A stretch of DNA of 64,000 nucleotides from an uncultured bacterium (GTDB taxonomy: Bacteria > Acidobacteriota > Thermoanaerobaculia > Multivoradales > JAHZIX01): positions 1-64,000 of the forward strand of contig CBDUPA010000028.1 in the NCBI GenBank assembly GCA_965368975.1. The letters run 5' to 3'. The position numbers and the translations under genes were made by a program. Every line of letters begins with the position of its first letter. Position 1 is the first letter of the stretch. A model generated the notes under the pieces. It did no database searches. It was not told the DNA's origin and worked only from the letters and a program-made list of their open reading frames with translations. This document shows, piece by piece, positions 8,306 to 18,129 of the stretch.

Positions 8306-10483
8306 TCACAGCCCCCCGTACAGCTCGAGCGCCCAGCGGCCGCCGGCCAGCGGTTGCGCGCTGAGCACGACGAGGCGTTGATCGGGCAGCCACCACCAGC
8401 GGCTCACTTCGAGCGCGTGAAACTCGGCCGCGTCTCCCTCGAGCGCGTCATCGTCCTCGACGCACGCCGTCAGCTGCATGTGCCAGGCTCGGCCGTCGTG
8501 GAGCCAGGCGCGCAGCTCGGCCTCGGTCGCTGCCGCGCTGTCGCGGGTAAAGGCGGTGTCGTAGGGCTCGGCCGGCGGCGCGGTGCCCACCTGCCAGGCC
8601 GGCAGGGCTTCGGCGAGGGTGCGCCACTCGGCCAGAAGGCGGCGCGCTTCGGCATCGTCGGCACCGCCGAGCAGTTGATCAGCAGAGAGCGGGTCCCAGG
8701 TCCGCCCCCAGCGCAGAACCGGCCGACCGCTGTCAGGCGCGGCATGGATCAGGCGGATGTCCTCGACCGCGTACAGCCTCCTGACCGTCGAGGCCAGCGG
8801 CGGTTCCTGGATCTGGCGGAAGAGCACGTCATAGCCGCTGCTGGCGTCCGGATGCGGCAGTGCGGACGCGCGCACGGAGCCGAGCAGGGTTGCGACGCCC
8901 TCGGACAGGGGCTTGCCTACACGGTCCACGTAGCCGACCGTCTCCAAGCTCGAATGCAAGATGGTCAGCTCGCAGCTGAGGCCAGCAAGGCTGGCCAGCC
9001 GCGCGGCACACTCGGACGGGCTGTTGACGAAACCGCCCACGGCGTCGCCATCGAAGTTGATCCGCAGGTGCTGCACGGGGTTGTGCAGCTGCAACAAACC
9101 AAGCTCCGGGAAGTCGGTGTAGTCGGGGTTCTCGCCATTCTTGGAGAGCACAACACCGCCGCCGGTGGCGCCGAAGATGCCGCCGGCTTCGCGCGCGTGG
9201 TAACGGTAGGTCCCGTTGAGCGGGTCGACGAGCTGGGGTTCCATGCCCCACACTTCACCCACCGCAAAGGGCATCGGCTCCCCTGCCAGCTCGGGGCCAC
9301 CCAAGCCGGGATTGCCCCAGGTGGCTTCGTCGACGATCAACGCTTCGCGGGTGGTGACTTCGTCGTAGGTCGCCGGGTTGCCCTGGGCATCGGTGGCGTC
9401 GACGTCGTTGAGGCTCCACAGTGCGACCAGGCCAGCCTCGTCGCCGCGCGCGGGCTTGGCGTGGTTCTCGGCGATCTGAGTATCACTGAGGGCCACGTTC
9501 CACACACGGATCTCGCGCAGGCTGCCGCGTAGCGCGCGGTTGTAGTCGCTGCCGGGCCCGGCGGGCTCGTCGGGCGTCCGGACGCCGATGAAGAGATCTG
9601 CACCCGTGGCGGTGACGGAACCGCCGACCACCATCGAACCGAGCAGAGGCGTGGCGCCGACGAAGAGCTGCACCTCGTAGCCGCCGGTAACAGGCGTGCG
9701 GCGAGCGGTGAGGGTGACCCACTGCCCCAACGGCACGGCGCCGGCCGGGCTGTCGACAGGCGTGCCGGTGAAGTCGAAGCGCAGGGCGCCGTCCGGCTTG
9801 ATGCGCAGGTAGGCACCGTTGCTGTCGTCCACGTTCATCAGCTCTGCCGCTTGCGGCCGGCTCTCGACGAACAGCTGGAACTGCAGGGTCTGCTCGTCCG
9901 TCTCCAGCGCCGCGGCGTCTCCGGCCACGCGTAGATAGCCACGGCCGGCGACGTCGAGCGAGTGGCCGAAGCCGTCGTAGACAAAGCCGCCGGCAGACTG
10001 CGGACTCTCGGCGAGGGCGACGTCCGCCAGGTGGCGCGCCTCGAGGCGGCCGGAGGTGGGTTGCAGGTCGACCGCGTCGGCCAGGCCGTCGAAGACGACG
10101 TTGAATTCCGACCAGCGCACCGGCTCACCGGGAGCCGCGGCCGGCCCCTGGACGGCGACCAGGCGCCGCTGGTACCAGTGGCGGTCCCGCAGGATCATGG
10201 CCTCGCCGTTGTGCACGAAATCGACTTCGAACGTGCCCGGCTGGCGCTTGCCGCCCAGGCTTCCCGGCCGAAAGGCGTTGCGGGCCGGCAGGGTGACGGA
10301 GCTGAGGAGCGGCTGAAAGGCGATGTTCGAGATGTCGGTGCCGTCAGGTAGCGAGGCGCCCGGGGGGGCGTGGGTACCGTGGACGCTCCAATAGATCGGC
10401 GCCGGGTCGAGCACGGTCTGCCCGCTCACCACGGCGGCCGGGTCTTTCTCGGCAAACAGAATCACGAGGGTCTCTTGGCTCAT
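8306..10483 (-). CDS. Tail protein with LamG/concanavalin-A-like domain
   Basis: 'GQWVTLT...LFIG...LRGSLREIRVWNVALSDTQI...GLVALW' LamG signature; directly downstream of the tape measure. Confidence 0.78.
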   Translation of the reverse strand: MSQETLVILFAEKDPAAVVSGQTVLDPAPIYWSVHGTHAPPGASLPDGTDISNIAFQPLLSSVTLPARNAFRPGSLGGKRQPGTFEVDFVHNGEAMILRDRHWYQRRLVAVQGPAAAPGEPVRWSEFNVVFDGLADAVDLQPTSGRLEARHLADVALAESPQSAGGFVYDGFGHSLDVAGRGYLRVAGDAAALETDEQTLQFQLFVESRPQAAELMNVDDSNGAYLRIKPDGALRFDFTGTPVDSPAGAVPLGQWVTLTARRTPVTGGYEVQLFVGATPLLGSMVVGGSVTATGADLFIGVRTPDEPAGPGSDYNRALRGSLREIRVWNVALSDTQIAENHAKPARGDEAGLVALWSLNDVDATDAQGNPATYDEVTTREALIVDEATWGNPGLGGPELAGEPMPFAVGEVWGMEPQLVDPLNGTYRYHAREAGGIFGATGGGVVLSKNGENPDYTDFPELGLLQLHNPVQHLRINFDGDAVGGFVNSPSECAARLASLAGLSCELTILHSSLETVGYVDRVGKPLSEGVATLLGSVRASALPHPDASSGYDVLFRQIQEPPLASTVRRLYAVEDIRLIHAAPDSGRPVLRWGRTWDPLSADQLLGGADDAEARRLLAEWRTLAEALPAWQVGTAPPAEPYDTAFTRDSAAATEAELRAWLHDGRAWHMQLTACVEDDDALEGDAAEFHALEVSRWWWLPDQRLVVLSAQPLAGGRWALELYGGL

Positions 10484-10517
10484 TGCCTCTTCCTCTCTCA
10501 GTTCAGTCGTTCACTCT

Positions 10518-13500
10518 TCAGTCGTCAAAGGTCACTCGACGTCGCGGCGCGGGGGCCTTCTGCCCGTCGCGCGTGAGCTGGATATGGGTGTCGCGCTGGC
10601 CTTCGGCGGTACGCTGCCCACGGGTCAGCACGCGCGTCAGCTCGCCTACCTGTGCACTCAGCTGGCTGAGCTGTTCGCGGGTCTTGGTCTGCTCGGCGCG
10701 TAACTGGCGCACCTCGGTGGTCAGCTCTTGGTTCTGCGCTTCGAGCCGGCGTTCCATGGGTGACGGCACCGGCGCCGGCATGGGCTGCAAGGGCAGCTGT
10801 GCGGGCTGGAAGAGTTCGGTCGGTAGGAGCTGCGCTAGATTGCCGGCGATGCTCGGCAGCGCCGCGGGCAGGGGCAGCGATGGCAGCGGCACCGGGGACG
10901 GCAGAGGCACAGAGAAGCGCGCCGGGTCCCCGAGCAGCCTGGCGAAGAGCTGGCTTTGCTCCAGCAGGCGCGCAAGGGTCGAGTCCGCGGTCTGGCTCAG
11001 CCACGGCGGGACGCCGGCCGCCAGGTGGGACGCCATCGGGTCGGACTCTGGCGCGGTACGGGTGCCCACAAGATCGAGGTTCAGAAGCGGCTCTATCTCG
11101 CCGGCCAGGCGCTGGCGCAGAGCCTGGAAGGCACCCGAGCCGCCCCACATATCTTGCCCAGCACTGAGGACGGCTTCCGCCGCGCCGCGCAGCTGCTGGT
11201 AGGCCTCCAGGTCCCCAGCGCCGGCACGCGCGCGCAGGTCCGCATAGCGAGCCTCGGCGGCGGCCAGGGCCTGGCGCGGGTTGTTGCCGGCATAGGGGCC
11301 GGTATCGCTGAGCAGGTCCTCGTGCAGTCCGCGCAGGTCGCCGGTGATGTCTTCCATCAAGGCCTTGAGCCGCCGGCCGCGTTCCTCCTCGATGCGCAGC
11401 AGGTCACCACCGTGTTCGAGGGCCAGCTCGCGGTAGCGGTCGAACAGGTCGTGGATGTCGCCCGCCGCGTCCTGCACGGTGCTCGGCTCGGCGGGTCCCG
11501 TCCCGAGTTCCCGATTCCAGAAGTCATCGAGCAGCTTCTGGCGCACCTCCGGCAGCTGGTCGAGCGCGGCCTGCAGGTCGACGCCGAACTGGGCCAGGTG
11601 CGCGGCCTGTGGCTTGAGGCCTTCGAGCTGGGTGCTGATCTCGCCCAGGGTGGACAGCGCCGAGTTCAGTTGCTCGCCGGGATCGACGGGACCGCTCGAG
11701 AAGGTGTTGCCGAGGGCGGCCAGCTGGTCGAGTAGCCGGGTGGCGTTGGCCACCACGTCCGAACTACCACCACCGATCGAGCCGCCGACGCTCGAGGTGG
11801 TCGAGGTGGTGGTGTTGGCATTGGTGATCGCCGTCTCGATCGCTTCTTGCTGGCTCTGGTACCACGCGTCGATGAGGCCCTGGTACTCTGCCAGCTTGCC
11901 GAGCATCTCGAACTGAATCTCGTACTCGGCCTTCTTCAGCTCCAGTGCCAGCCGCGCCAGGTCCAGGCGTTGGCCTTCGTACTCTTCGAGCCCTTCGGCC
12001 TCGCGGAACAGCTGCTCGACCAGGCCGTGTTCCTTGAGCAACAGCGCCTGCGCTTCGCCGAGGTCGATGTCGGCCAGCGCGGCCGCGGCTTCGGTGTAGG
12101 TGCGGGTGGTCTTGCGCACCTCCTCGCGCAGGGCCTCGGCGCGGTCCTGGATGGTCGAGATCTCGGCCAGCGCGGCCGCGATGGGGGAAAGCTGTGACAG
12201 ATCGACCCCACTGCCGGCTTGAGGCCGGTTGGTGGACTGGTTGGCGGCGGCGGTCTCCATGGCCGCGTCGCGCGCCGCGTTCCACAGCTCGATGATGGCC
12301 GGGTCCCAGGCGTCCCACGCCTGCAACTGAGCCTTGTAGATCTCGAACTGGAGTTCCGCCAGCGCCTGGGCCCACTCGACGCGTTGCTGCTCGAACCGCC
12401 GGGAAGCATCCACACCGCGCAGCAGGTCCAGCACGATGCCGCCCACGCCCTGGGTGCGTGAGTTCTCGATCCCCTGCTCGACGGCGGCCAGCAGCGACGC
12501 GGCGCGCTCGGCGCTGAGATGGAGGCTGGCGATGTACTCCTTGTACAAGTCCGCAGCGGCCAGCTGCTGCTCAACGCCGAGGGCAGCCGAGGCCACGGGA
12601 TCGAGGCTCAGGATGCCGGTGCGCAGGTCCTGGAAGACGGCTTCGATGTTGCCCTGCAGCATCGCTTGCAGCTCGGCCAGGCGGGAGGCCGTTTCCTCCG
12701 CCGAGTAGCCAGCGGCGAGCGTCTCCTCGACCAGGCCGGCGTAGACATCCCTGAGCCGGTCGATGTTGTCCACCGGGGACTGCGCACCCTGACCGCTTCC
12801 GAAGTCTTGGACCCGCTGGTCGAGTTCGGCACGGGCCCGTTCCTCGGCCGCGGCGACAGCGGCGTCGCGCCGTGCCTGCGCCAGGGCCAGTTCTTCGCCT
12901 TTCAGTCGGCCCATCAGCTCGGTAGCCCGCTCGGCCTGCTCGGCGATCGCAGCGAAGGCGGCGGCCGTGGGGTTGAGAGGGTCTTCCAGGCCGGTGAACA
13001 AGCGGTCCAGTTCGGCGCGCACATCGGCCATGCTCTGGCCATTGCCGCCGCGCCGGACCTCGGCGGGGTCGATCCGGTCGGGCAGGGCATCGAGCTGGGC
13101 CAGGATCGCATCGATTTGACCCTGGATTTCCGCCGCCCGGTTGGCCACCGCACCACCTGCGCGCCCGATGTTGGTCACCACGATGTCGGCTGCGTCGGCG
13201 ATCGCCGCGCCGAGTTCAGCCGCATCGTTGAAGACGCGATGTCCTATGCCAGCAATCTCCCCGCTGGCGCCCAGGAGCTGGTCGAACAAGTTGAGCCATC
13301 GCTGCAACTCTTCTTGGAGTTCCTCCTCCCTTCCATCTCGATACCGATTGAATGGATCGACCTGGCCTAGCCGCTGCTGGTACTCGTCCGGCCGAACTCC
13401 TACGATTCCGTCGCGGATCGCCTGCATGGAGTTGTCGTAGGCAGCGAAGGCACCGGCCAGATCTAGACCAAGCTCGGTGAACCGCCTGATGCGGTCGTCC

Positions 13501-16500
13501 AGCAAACGATCGGCCTCTCGCATGCTCAAGATCTCTGGTGAGACCCCTAAGTCCCGATGCTCGACGGCCGTCTCGATGTGGGCCAGAAGCCCCTCGATCG
13601 TCGAGTGTGCCGTGGACTGCAACGCAGCCTGCACTGAGGGCGAGAAGTTCCCGCCCGCCTGGCGGAAGGCCTCGGCCACCGCGGCGTCGAGGGCTTCCTC
13701 GTAGCTGTAGAACGTGCCCACCAAGACGTTGCCCACCAACGCCTTGAACTTCTCGCCGTTCTTCTTGGCGCGGATGGCGATTCGCGGCAGCTCGTCGACC
13801 GCTTCGCCCATGGCCGCTTCGATTTGACGGATGGCGTCGGCTACCCCATTGGCGGCGTCCTGGAGAGAGCCCGCGGCATGGTCCACGTTGAGCTGCCCGC
13901 CCGTCACGGAGGCACCGACCGCGGTTCCGTACTGCTGCGCCGTGTTGTTGGCCGAGTAGGCTTCGATCGCCAGGTAGAAGGCGCCCACCCACAGCGCCGC
14001 GGCCGCGCCTGCACTCAGGCCGGCGCCGGCACCGCTACCCCCGGTGACCCCCGAGACGCTGGCACCGGTGCTCAGCAGGCCGTCGATTCCGCTGCCCGAG
14101 CTGCCCGAGGCTGTGCTGATCGCGAGCTTCTGCAGCTCCATGGCGGACCACTCGGCCAGCATCTGGACGAGCAGCGCCTTGAACTGGTCGAGAACGCTGT
14201 CGAAGATGTCGCCGAAGCTGTCATCTGTCATGCCGGCCAGGGAGCCGAGCATGTCGGTCCAGCCGTCCATGGCGATGCCTTGCGCGCTCTGCCAGGCCTG
14301 CTCGAAGGGTGCCACCATGCCCTCGGCGGCTTCCTCGGCGGCGCGCTCCTGGTCCTGCTGAGACTGCACGGTGTCGTCGATCACCTGGCGCAGCCGCATC
14401 AGCTCGACCACTTCGGCGCGGATCTGCGCGATCCGCTCGGCGGTGATCTCGCCGCCTTCGCTGGAGAGGCGGTTCCAGATTTCTTGCTGGATGGTGCGCT
14501 CACGCTCGGCGTCGGTGGCGTCGCGCACGGCGGCGGCGATGTGCCGCAGCCGCTCGAGTTCCCCGGGCCCCTGGGGTTGTTGCTGCTGCTCTTGGCGCTG
14601 CTGGTTGAGCAGATCGTCGCGCAGGTCGATCAGCTCCTGCCTCCAGACCAGTTCTTGCTGTAGCTGCTCCAGGGCCTCCTTGGAGGTGATCCCCTGTGCG
14701 GCCGCGCGCTGCGCGGCTTCGCGGGCGATCATCAGATCGGTGTATGCCTCGGCCCCGCGCCTCAGCGCCTTGATCTCCTCTTCGAGGTCGGCAACCTCGT
14801 TGAAGTGGTCGATCTGTGCGTCGCGCTGCTGCTGTAGAAGGCGGAGCCGTTCCCGCTGGGCCTCGTTGCTCTCCCGCTCGACCTGCACCAGCCGGCGCCG
14901 CGCGGTCTCCTCGTCGAGCAGGCGCTGGCGTTCTTGGTCGCGCAGTCGGCCGTGCTCTTCGAGTTCCGTCGTGATGTCGGCTTCTTGACCGGCGAGCTGT
15001 TCCAGCAGCCGCTCCATGTTGCGGATGTTCTGCTCGGTCTCGGCGAGTTCCTTGTTAGCTCTCGCCGCCTGTTGGGATAGAGCTAGATCCAGGTTCTGGC
15101 CATGCCCGCCCCGCTCGCGCAAGCGGGCCGCCTCGGCCGCCACCTGTAGATCCGCCAGCCTCGCCTGGGCGAGCTTGAGCTGTTCCTGTGTCTGGTTGCG
15201 CAGCTGCTGGGTGTGCTCGAGCAGCGACGTCGACGCCTGGTCGATTCCGAACCGATAGCGGGACAGAACCTCTTCGGCCGTCGACATCGTCTGGTGCTGC
15301 TGGCGAGTCGCCATCTCTGCGGCCGTTTCCTGCTGCTCGAAGTAGGCAGCGGCGGCCGCAGCTGCACCCAAGGTCACGGCCAAAGCGCCGATCGGGTTGG
15401 CGGCGATCACCGCGTTGAGCGACGCCAGAGCCACCGCCGCAGTTGGAGCGGCACCGGTCAGGCCGACCAAGCCGACGACGAGACTGGAGACGCCATAGGC
15501 AGCCGCTCCCACCGCCAGCCCTTTGATTGCCACGCCGACCAGCGGAAGGAGCTTCAGCACGGTCTGTAGGCTGAAGCCGAGCGAGCGACCCAGCGCCGCG
15601 GCGAGTTCTTCACTGTCGCGGGTGCCTTGGGTCAGTGCCTCGACGAACTCCCGCACCGCCGGCTCTGCCGACCTGCCGAAGGTGAGGGACAGAGCCTCCG
15701 TGGCCGAATCGAGCGAGCGGAACGCACCGCCGAGGGTGTTTTCCATCTCGGCGGCGAGATCCGTCGTCACCCCGCGCTGGCTCTGCATCCGGTCGGTGAG
15801 GTCGTCGACCTTGCCGAGAATCGATTCATCCAGTAGCACAAGCGCCGAGGCGACGGCTTCACGCCCGAACAGGTCTTCCGCCTGCTGCGGGGTCATGCCG
15901 GCTTCAGCCAGGCGCCGGAAGATGTCTTCGAGGCGGTTGACGGCGGGGTCCAGCTGCTCGGCGGTGAGCTGGAGTTCTCGCAACACGGTTTCCCGGGGCG
16001 AGGCCAGCGATAGCATGATCGTCGTGAGGGAGGTGCCGGCGATGTCGGCACCGATGGTGCGATCTCCCAACACGCCGATGATCGCCAGAACCTCTTCGAG
16101 GTCGCGCCCGAACGATGCCGCCAAGGAGCCGGCCTTGGACATGCCGAATCCGAGTTGCACCACGTCCGTGCGCGCGCCGGTCGAAGCGATGGTGAAGGCG
16201 TCGACCACGCGCTCTGTGTCCCCCACCGTCAAGCCAAAAGCGGAGAGGGCACCATCGACGACCGAAGCGCTTTCGCTCAGCCCGATCTGATCCACGTTGG
16301 CCAGGTTCAGGGAGTGGCGGTAGCTGCCCAGGATCTCGGCCGGCGATTTACCCGCGCGCGCCATGGCCACCATGCTGGTCAGCACCTCGGAGGCGGTGCG
16401 CGATGTCGTCGCGCCGAGCTGCTGCGCCAGGCGGTCGAGATCCTGCAGGCCGGAACCGGCCTCACCGGAGATCACGGAGACTTGCTTGAGCCGGTCGCCG

Positions 16501-16949
16501 TACTCGGTGCTGACCTGGTTCAGGTCCCGTAGAGTGCCGATCAGCCGCTCTGCACCTTCGAGCGCGACGAAGGCGCCCAGGGCGCGGCGCTGGAACTGCT
16601 GGAAGCTGGCAACGCTGGACAGGACGCGCTTTTCGACGTCGCTCAGTTCGTTGCGCACGCCGCGTAGGTCTTTGCCGAAGCGGCGGGAAGACTCGGCGCT
16701 CTGGCGGACCCAGCGCTCGTACTGCTGGTGCGCGCGGCCGCTACGCTGCGCCGAGTTGCCGGAACCCTGTAGGGCCTGCCCGCTGGCGCGGGAGCTGGAG
16801 GCGAGATCGCGGTTGGCAACGCTGTTGTTGCGTACCTGCTTCTGGTTCTGCTTCAGGTGCTTGAGCGAGTCGCGCAGCGCCTGGTTCAGACCCTCGTCCT
16901 TGCCGACCATCTTCACCGTCACGACGCGCGCCCGCGCGCGGCGACTCAT
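10518..16949 (-). CDS. Phage tail tape measure protein (TP901-type core)
   Basis: 2143 aa. 'LGATTSRTASEV...MARAG...SLNLA' and 'AGTSLTTIMLSL' core, then long helical repeats. Confidence 0.95.
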   Translation of the reverse strand: MSRRARARVVTVKMVGKDEGLNQALRDSLKHLKQNQKQVRNNSVANRDLASSSRASGQALQGSGNSAQRSGRAHQQYERWVRQSAESSRRFGKDLRGVRNELSDVEKRVLSSVASFQQFQRRALGAFVALEGAERLIGTLRDLNQVSTEYGDRLKQVSVISGEAGSGLQDLDRLAQQLGATTSRTASEVLTSMVAMARAGKSPAEILGSYRHSLNLANVDQIGLSESASVVDGALSAFGLTVGDTERVVDAFTIASTGARTDVVQLGFGMSKAGSLAASFGRDLEEVLAIIGVLGDRTIGADIAGTSLTTIMLSLASPRETVLRELQLTAEQLDPAVNRLEDIFRRLAEAGMTPQQAEDLFGREAVASALVLLDESILGKVDDLTDRMQSQRGVTTDLAAEMENTLGGAFRSLDSATEALSLTFGRSAEPAVREFVEALTQGTRDSEELAAALGRSLGFSLQTVLKLLPLVGVAIKGLAVGAAAYGVSSLVVGLVGLTGAAPTAAVALASLNAVIAANPIGALAVTLGAAAAAAAYFEQQETAAEMATRQQHQTMSTAEEVLSRYRFGIDQASTSLLEHTQQLRNQTQEQLKLAQARLADLQVAAEAARLRERGGHGQNLDLALSQQAARANKELAETEQNIRNMERLLEQLAGQEADITTELEEHGRLRDQERQRLLDEETARRRLVQVERESNEAQRERLRLLQQQRDAQIDHFNEVADLEEEIKALRRGAEAYTDLMIAREAAQRAAAQGITSKEALEQLQQELVWRQELIDLRDDLLNQQRQEQQQQPQGPGELERLRHIAAAVRDATDAERERTIQQEIWNRLSSEGGEITAERIAQIRAEVVELMRLRQVIDDTVQSQQDQERAAEEAAEGMVAPFEQAWQSAQGIAMDGWTDMLGSLAGMTDDSFGDIFDSVLDQFKALLVQMLAEWSAMELQKLAISTASGSSGSGIDGLLSTGASVSGVTGGSGAGAGLSAGAAAALWVGAFYLAIEAYSANNTAQQYGTAVGASVTGGQLNVDHAAGSLQDAANGVADAIRQIEAAMGEAVDELPRIAIRAKKNGEKFKALVGNVLVGTFYSYEEALDAAVAEAFRQAGGNFSPSVQAALQSTAHSTIEGLLAHIETAVEHRDLGVSPEILSMREADRLLDDRIRRFTELGLDLAGAFAAYDNSMQAIRDGIVGVRPDEYQQRLGQVDPFNRYRDGREEELQEELQRWLNLFDQLLGASGEIAGIGHRVFNDAAELGAAIADAADIVVTNIGRAGGAVANRAAEIQGQIDAILAQLDALPDRIDPAEVRRGGNGQSMADVRAELDRLFTGLEDPLNPTAAAFAAIAEQAERATELMGRLKGEELALAQARRDAAVAAAEERARAELDQRVQDFGSGQGAQSPVDNIDRLRDVYAGLVEETLAAGYSAEETASRLAELQAMLQGNIEAVFQDLRTGILSLDPVASAALGVEQQLAAADLYKEYIASLHLSAERAASLLAAVEQGIENSRTQGVGGIVLDLLRGVDASRRFEQQRVEWAQALAELQFEIYKAQLQAWDAWDPAIIELWNAARDAAMETAAANQSTNRPQAGSGVDLSQLSPIAAALAEISTIQDRAEALREEVRKTTRTYTEAAAALADIDLGEAQALLLKEHGLVEQLFREAEGLEEYEGQRLDLARLALELKKAEYEIQFEMLGKLAEYQGLIDAWYQSQQEAIETAITNANTTTSTTSSVGGSIGGGSSDVVANATRLLDQLAALGNTFSSGPVDPGEQLNSALSTLGEISTQLEGLKPQAAHLAQFGVDLQAALDQLPEVRQKLLDDFWNRELGTGPAEPSTVQDAAGDIHDLFDRYRELALEHGGDLLRIEEERGRRLKALMEDITGDLRGLHEDLLSDTGPYAGNNPRQALAAAEARYADLRARAGAGDLEAYQQLRGAAEAVLSAGQDMWGGSGAFQALRQRLAGEIEPLLNLDLVGTRTAPESDPMASHLAAGVPPWLSQTADSTLARLLEQSQLFARLLGDPARFSVPLPSPVPLPSLPLPAALPSIAGNLAQLLPTELFQPAQLPLQPMPAPVPSPMERRLEAQNQELTTEVRQLRAEQTKTREQLSQLSAQVGELTRVLTRGQRTAEGQRDTHIQLTRDGQKAPAPRRRVTFDD

Positions 16950-17254
16950 CGGTACGCTCCGCGGCGGTGCTCAGCTTCGGCGAGCTTGTCGTCCCACTTC
17001 TTCTGCTGGTGGCGCAGGCGCATCGAGTGCAGTCCCCACCAGATCGACTCGACAACGCGGAACTGCGCCGGTGGGAGACCGATGTAGCGGTAGACGTTCT
17101 GCATCTCCGCCAGTGTCAAGCCCTCAGCGGAGAGGCGCAGGAAGCCTTCCCACATGGCCTGCAAGTGAGGAAGCAGCACCGGGGGGCGCTCCGGTGCTGC
17201 CTGTACGACAGTAGGCGCCGCGGTACCGCTGAGGTTGCCGAAGTTCGGGTCCAC
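16946..17254 (-). CDS. Putative tail assembly chaperone (T-like part)
   Basis: Located between the chaperone G-like gene and the tape measure. Confidence 0.5.
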   Translation of the reverse strand: MDPNFGNLSGTAAPTVVQAAPERPPVLLPHLQAMWEGFLRLSAEGLTLAEMQNVYRYIGLPPAQFRVVESIWWGLHSMRLRHQQKKWDDKLAEAEHRRGAYR

Positions 17255-17286
17255 TTGCGCCTCCGAGGCACCCTGATCGGGCGCGA

Positions 17287-18114
17287 TCAGCCCTTCTTCT
17301 TGCTCTTGGGGCGGGGCTGTCGGCGCGCCTTCGCTTCGCTCAAGCTCGAAGCGAAGGCGCTGTCGTAACGTATGTCCCAGTCTCTGGCCTCCGAGGCGCG
17401 GTAGACCCGCGTGGTCTTGGTGATGGCCATGAACTCCTTGAGCAGGTGAGGCATGCGCGTGAAGTTATCCGCCAGCGCCGCGAACACCTCCGCCGTGCAA
17501 CCGGTCATCTCGCCCAGCTCAGGCACCAGCGGGTCGTAGCAGACCGTCCTGGTGGCGTGGCGGACCTGGATACCCCCGGTCCAATGCGCGCCGGCCTTGC
17601 GCCGAACATTCAGACCTTCGTAGTAGTAGTCGTGATCGAACTTCAGTCGCGGTCCCCAATCGGCCTTGGCGTCGTCCCACAACTTGACCGACAGGAAGCA
17701 GCGCGGCACCAAGTCTGCCGGCAGTACCAGCCGGTCGGGGTCGGCATTGTCGAGTTCGAGCACGGTGGTGTTCTTGCTCTCCTTCTTGGCAACCTTGATG
17801 CCGTACTCGCAGCCCGCCAGGATGTGCAGAGCGAAAGCCTTCCGGGTGTGCTCCTGATACGCCTCATCACGGGCAAGCTTCTCTTCCAACGCGGTCAGGT
17901 CCTCGTCGCTGGAGACGCTCAACGGCCGGCCGTCGAGATGGTAGGTCCGCAGGAAGCTTTCGAAGTCGCCGTTGCTGTCCTGTGCGCGCAGGGCGAAGCG
18001 TGAGCACTGGTCGATTCCGATCTGCCACCAGCGGATGCTGAGGGCTTCCCACTCGTCTTTGACCGAAGCACTGACGAGGGCGACGAGTTCGTGATTGTGG
18101 TCTGCTTTGCGCAT
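17287..18114 (-). CDS. Putative tail assembly chaperone (G-like)
   Basis: Follows the tail tube gene; AGGAG RBS. Confidence 0.5.
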   Translation of the reverse strand: MRKADHNHELVALVSASVKDEWEALSIRWWQIGIDQCSRFALRAQDSNGDFESFLRTYHLDGRPLSVSSDEDLTALEEKLARDEAYQEHTRKAFALHILAGCEYGIKVAKKESKNTTVLELDNADPDRLVLPADLVPRCFLSVKLWDDAKADWGPRLKFDHDYYYEGLNVRRKAGAHWTGGIQVRHATRTVCYDPLVPELGEMTGCTAEVFAALADNFTRMPHLLKEFMAITKTTRVYRASEARDWDIRYDSAFASSLSEAKARRQPRPKSKKKG

Positions 18115-18129
18115 GGTTCAGCTCCTGGA

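Noticed and set aside
4334-10483. Diversity-generating retroelement acting on tail genes
   Set aside because: No reverse transcriptase and no template/variable repeat pair seen.
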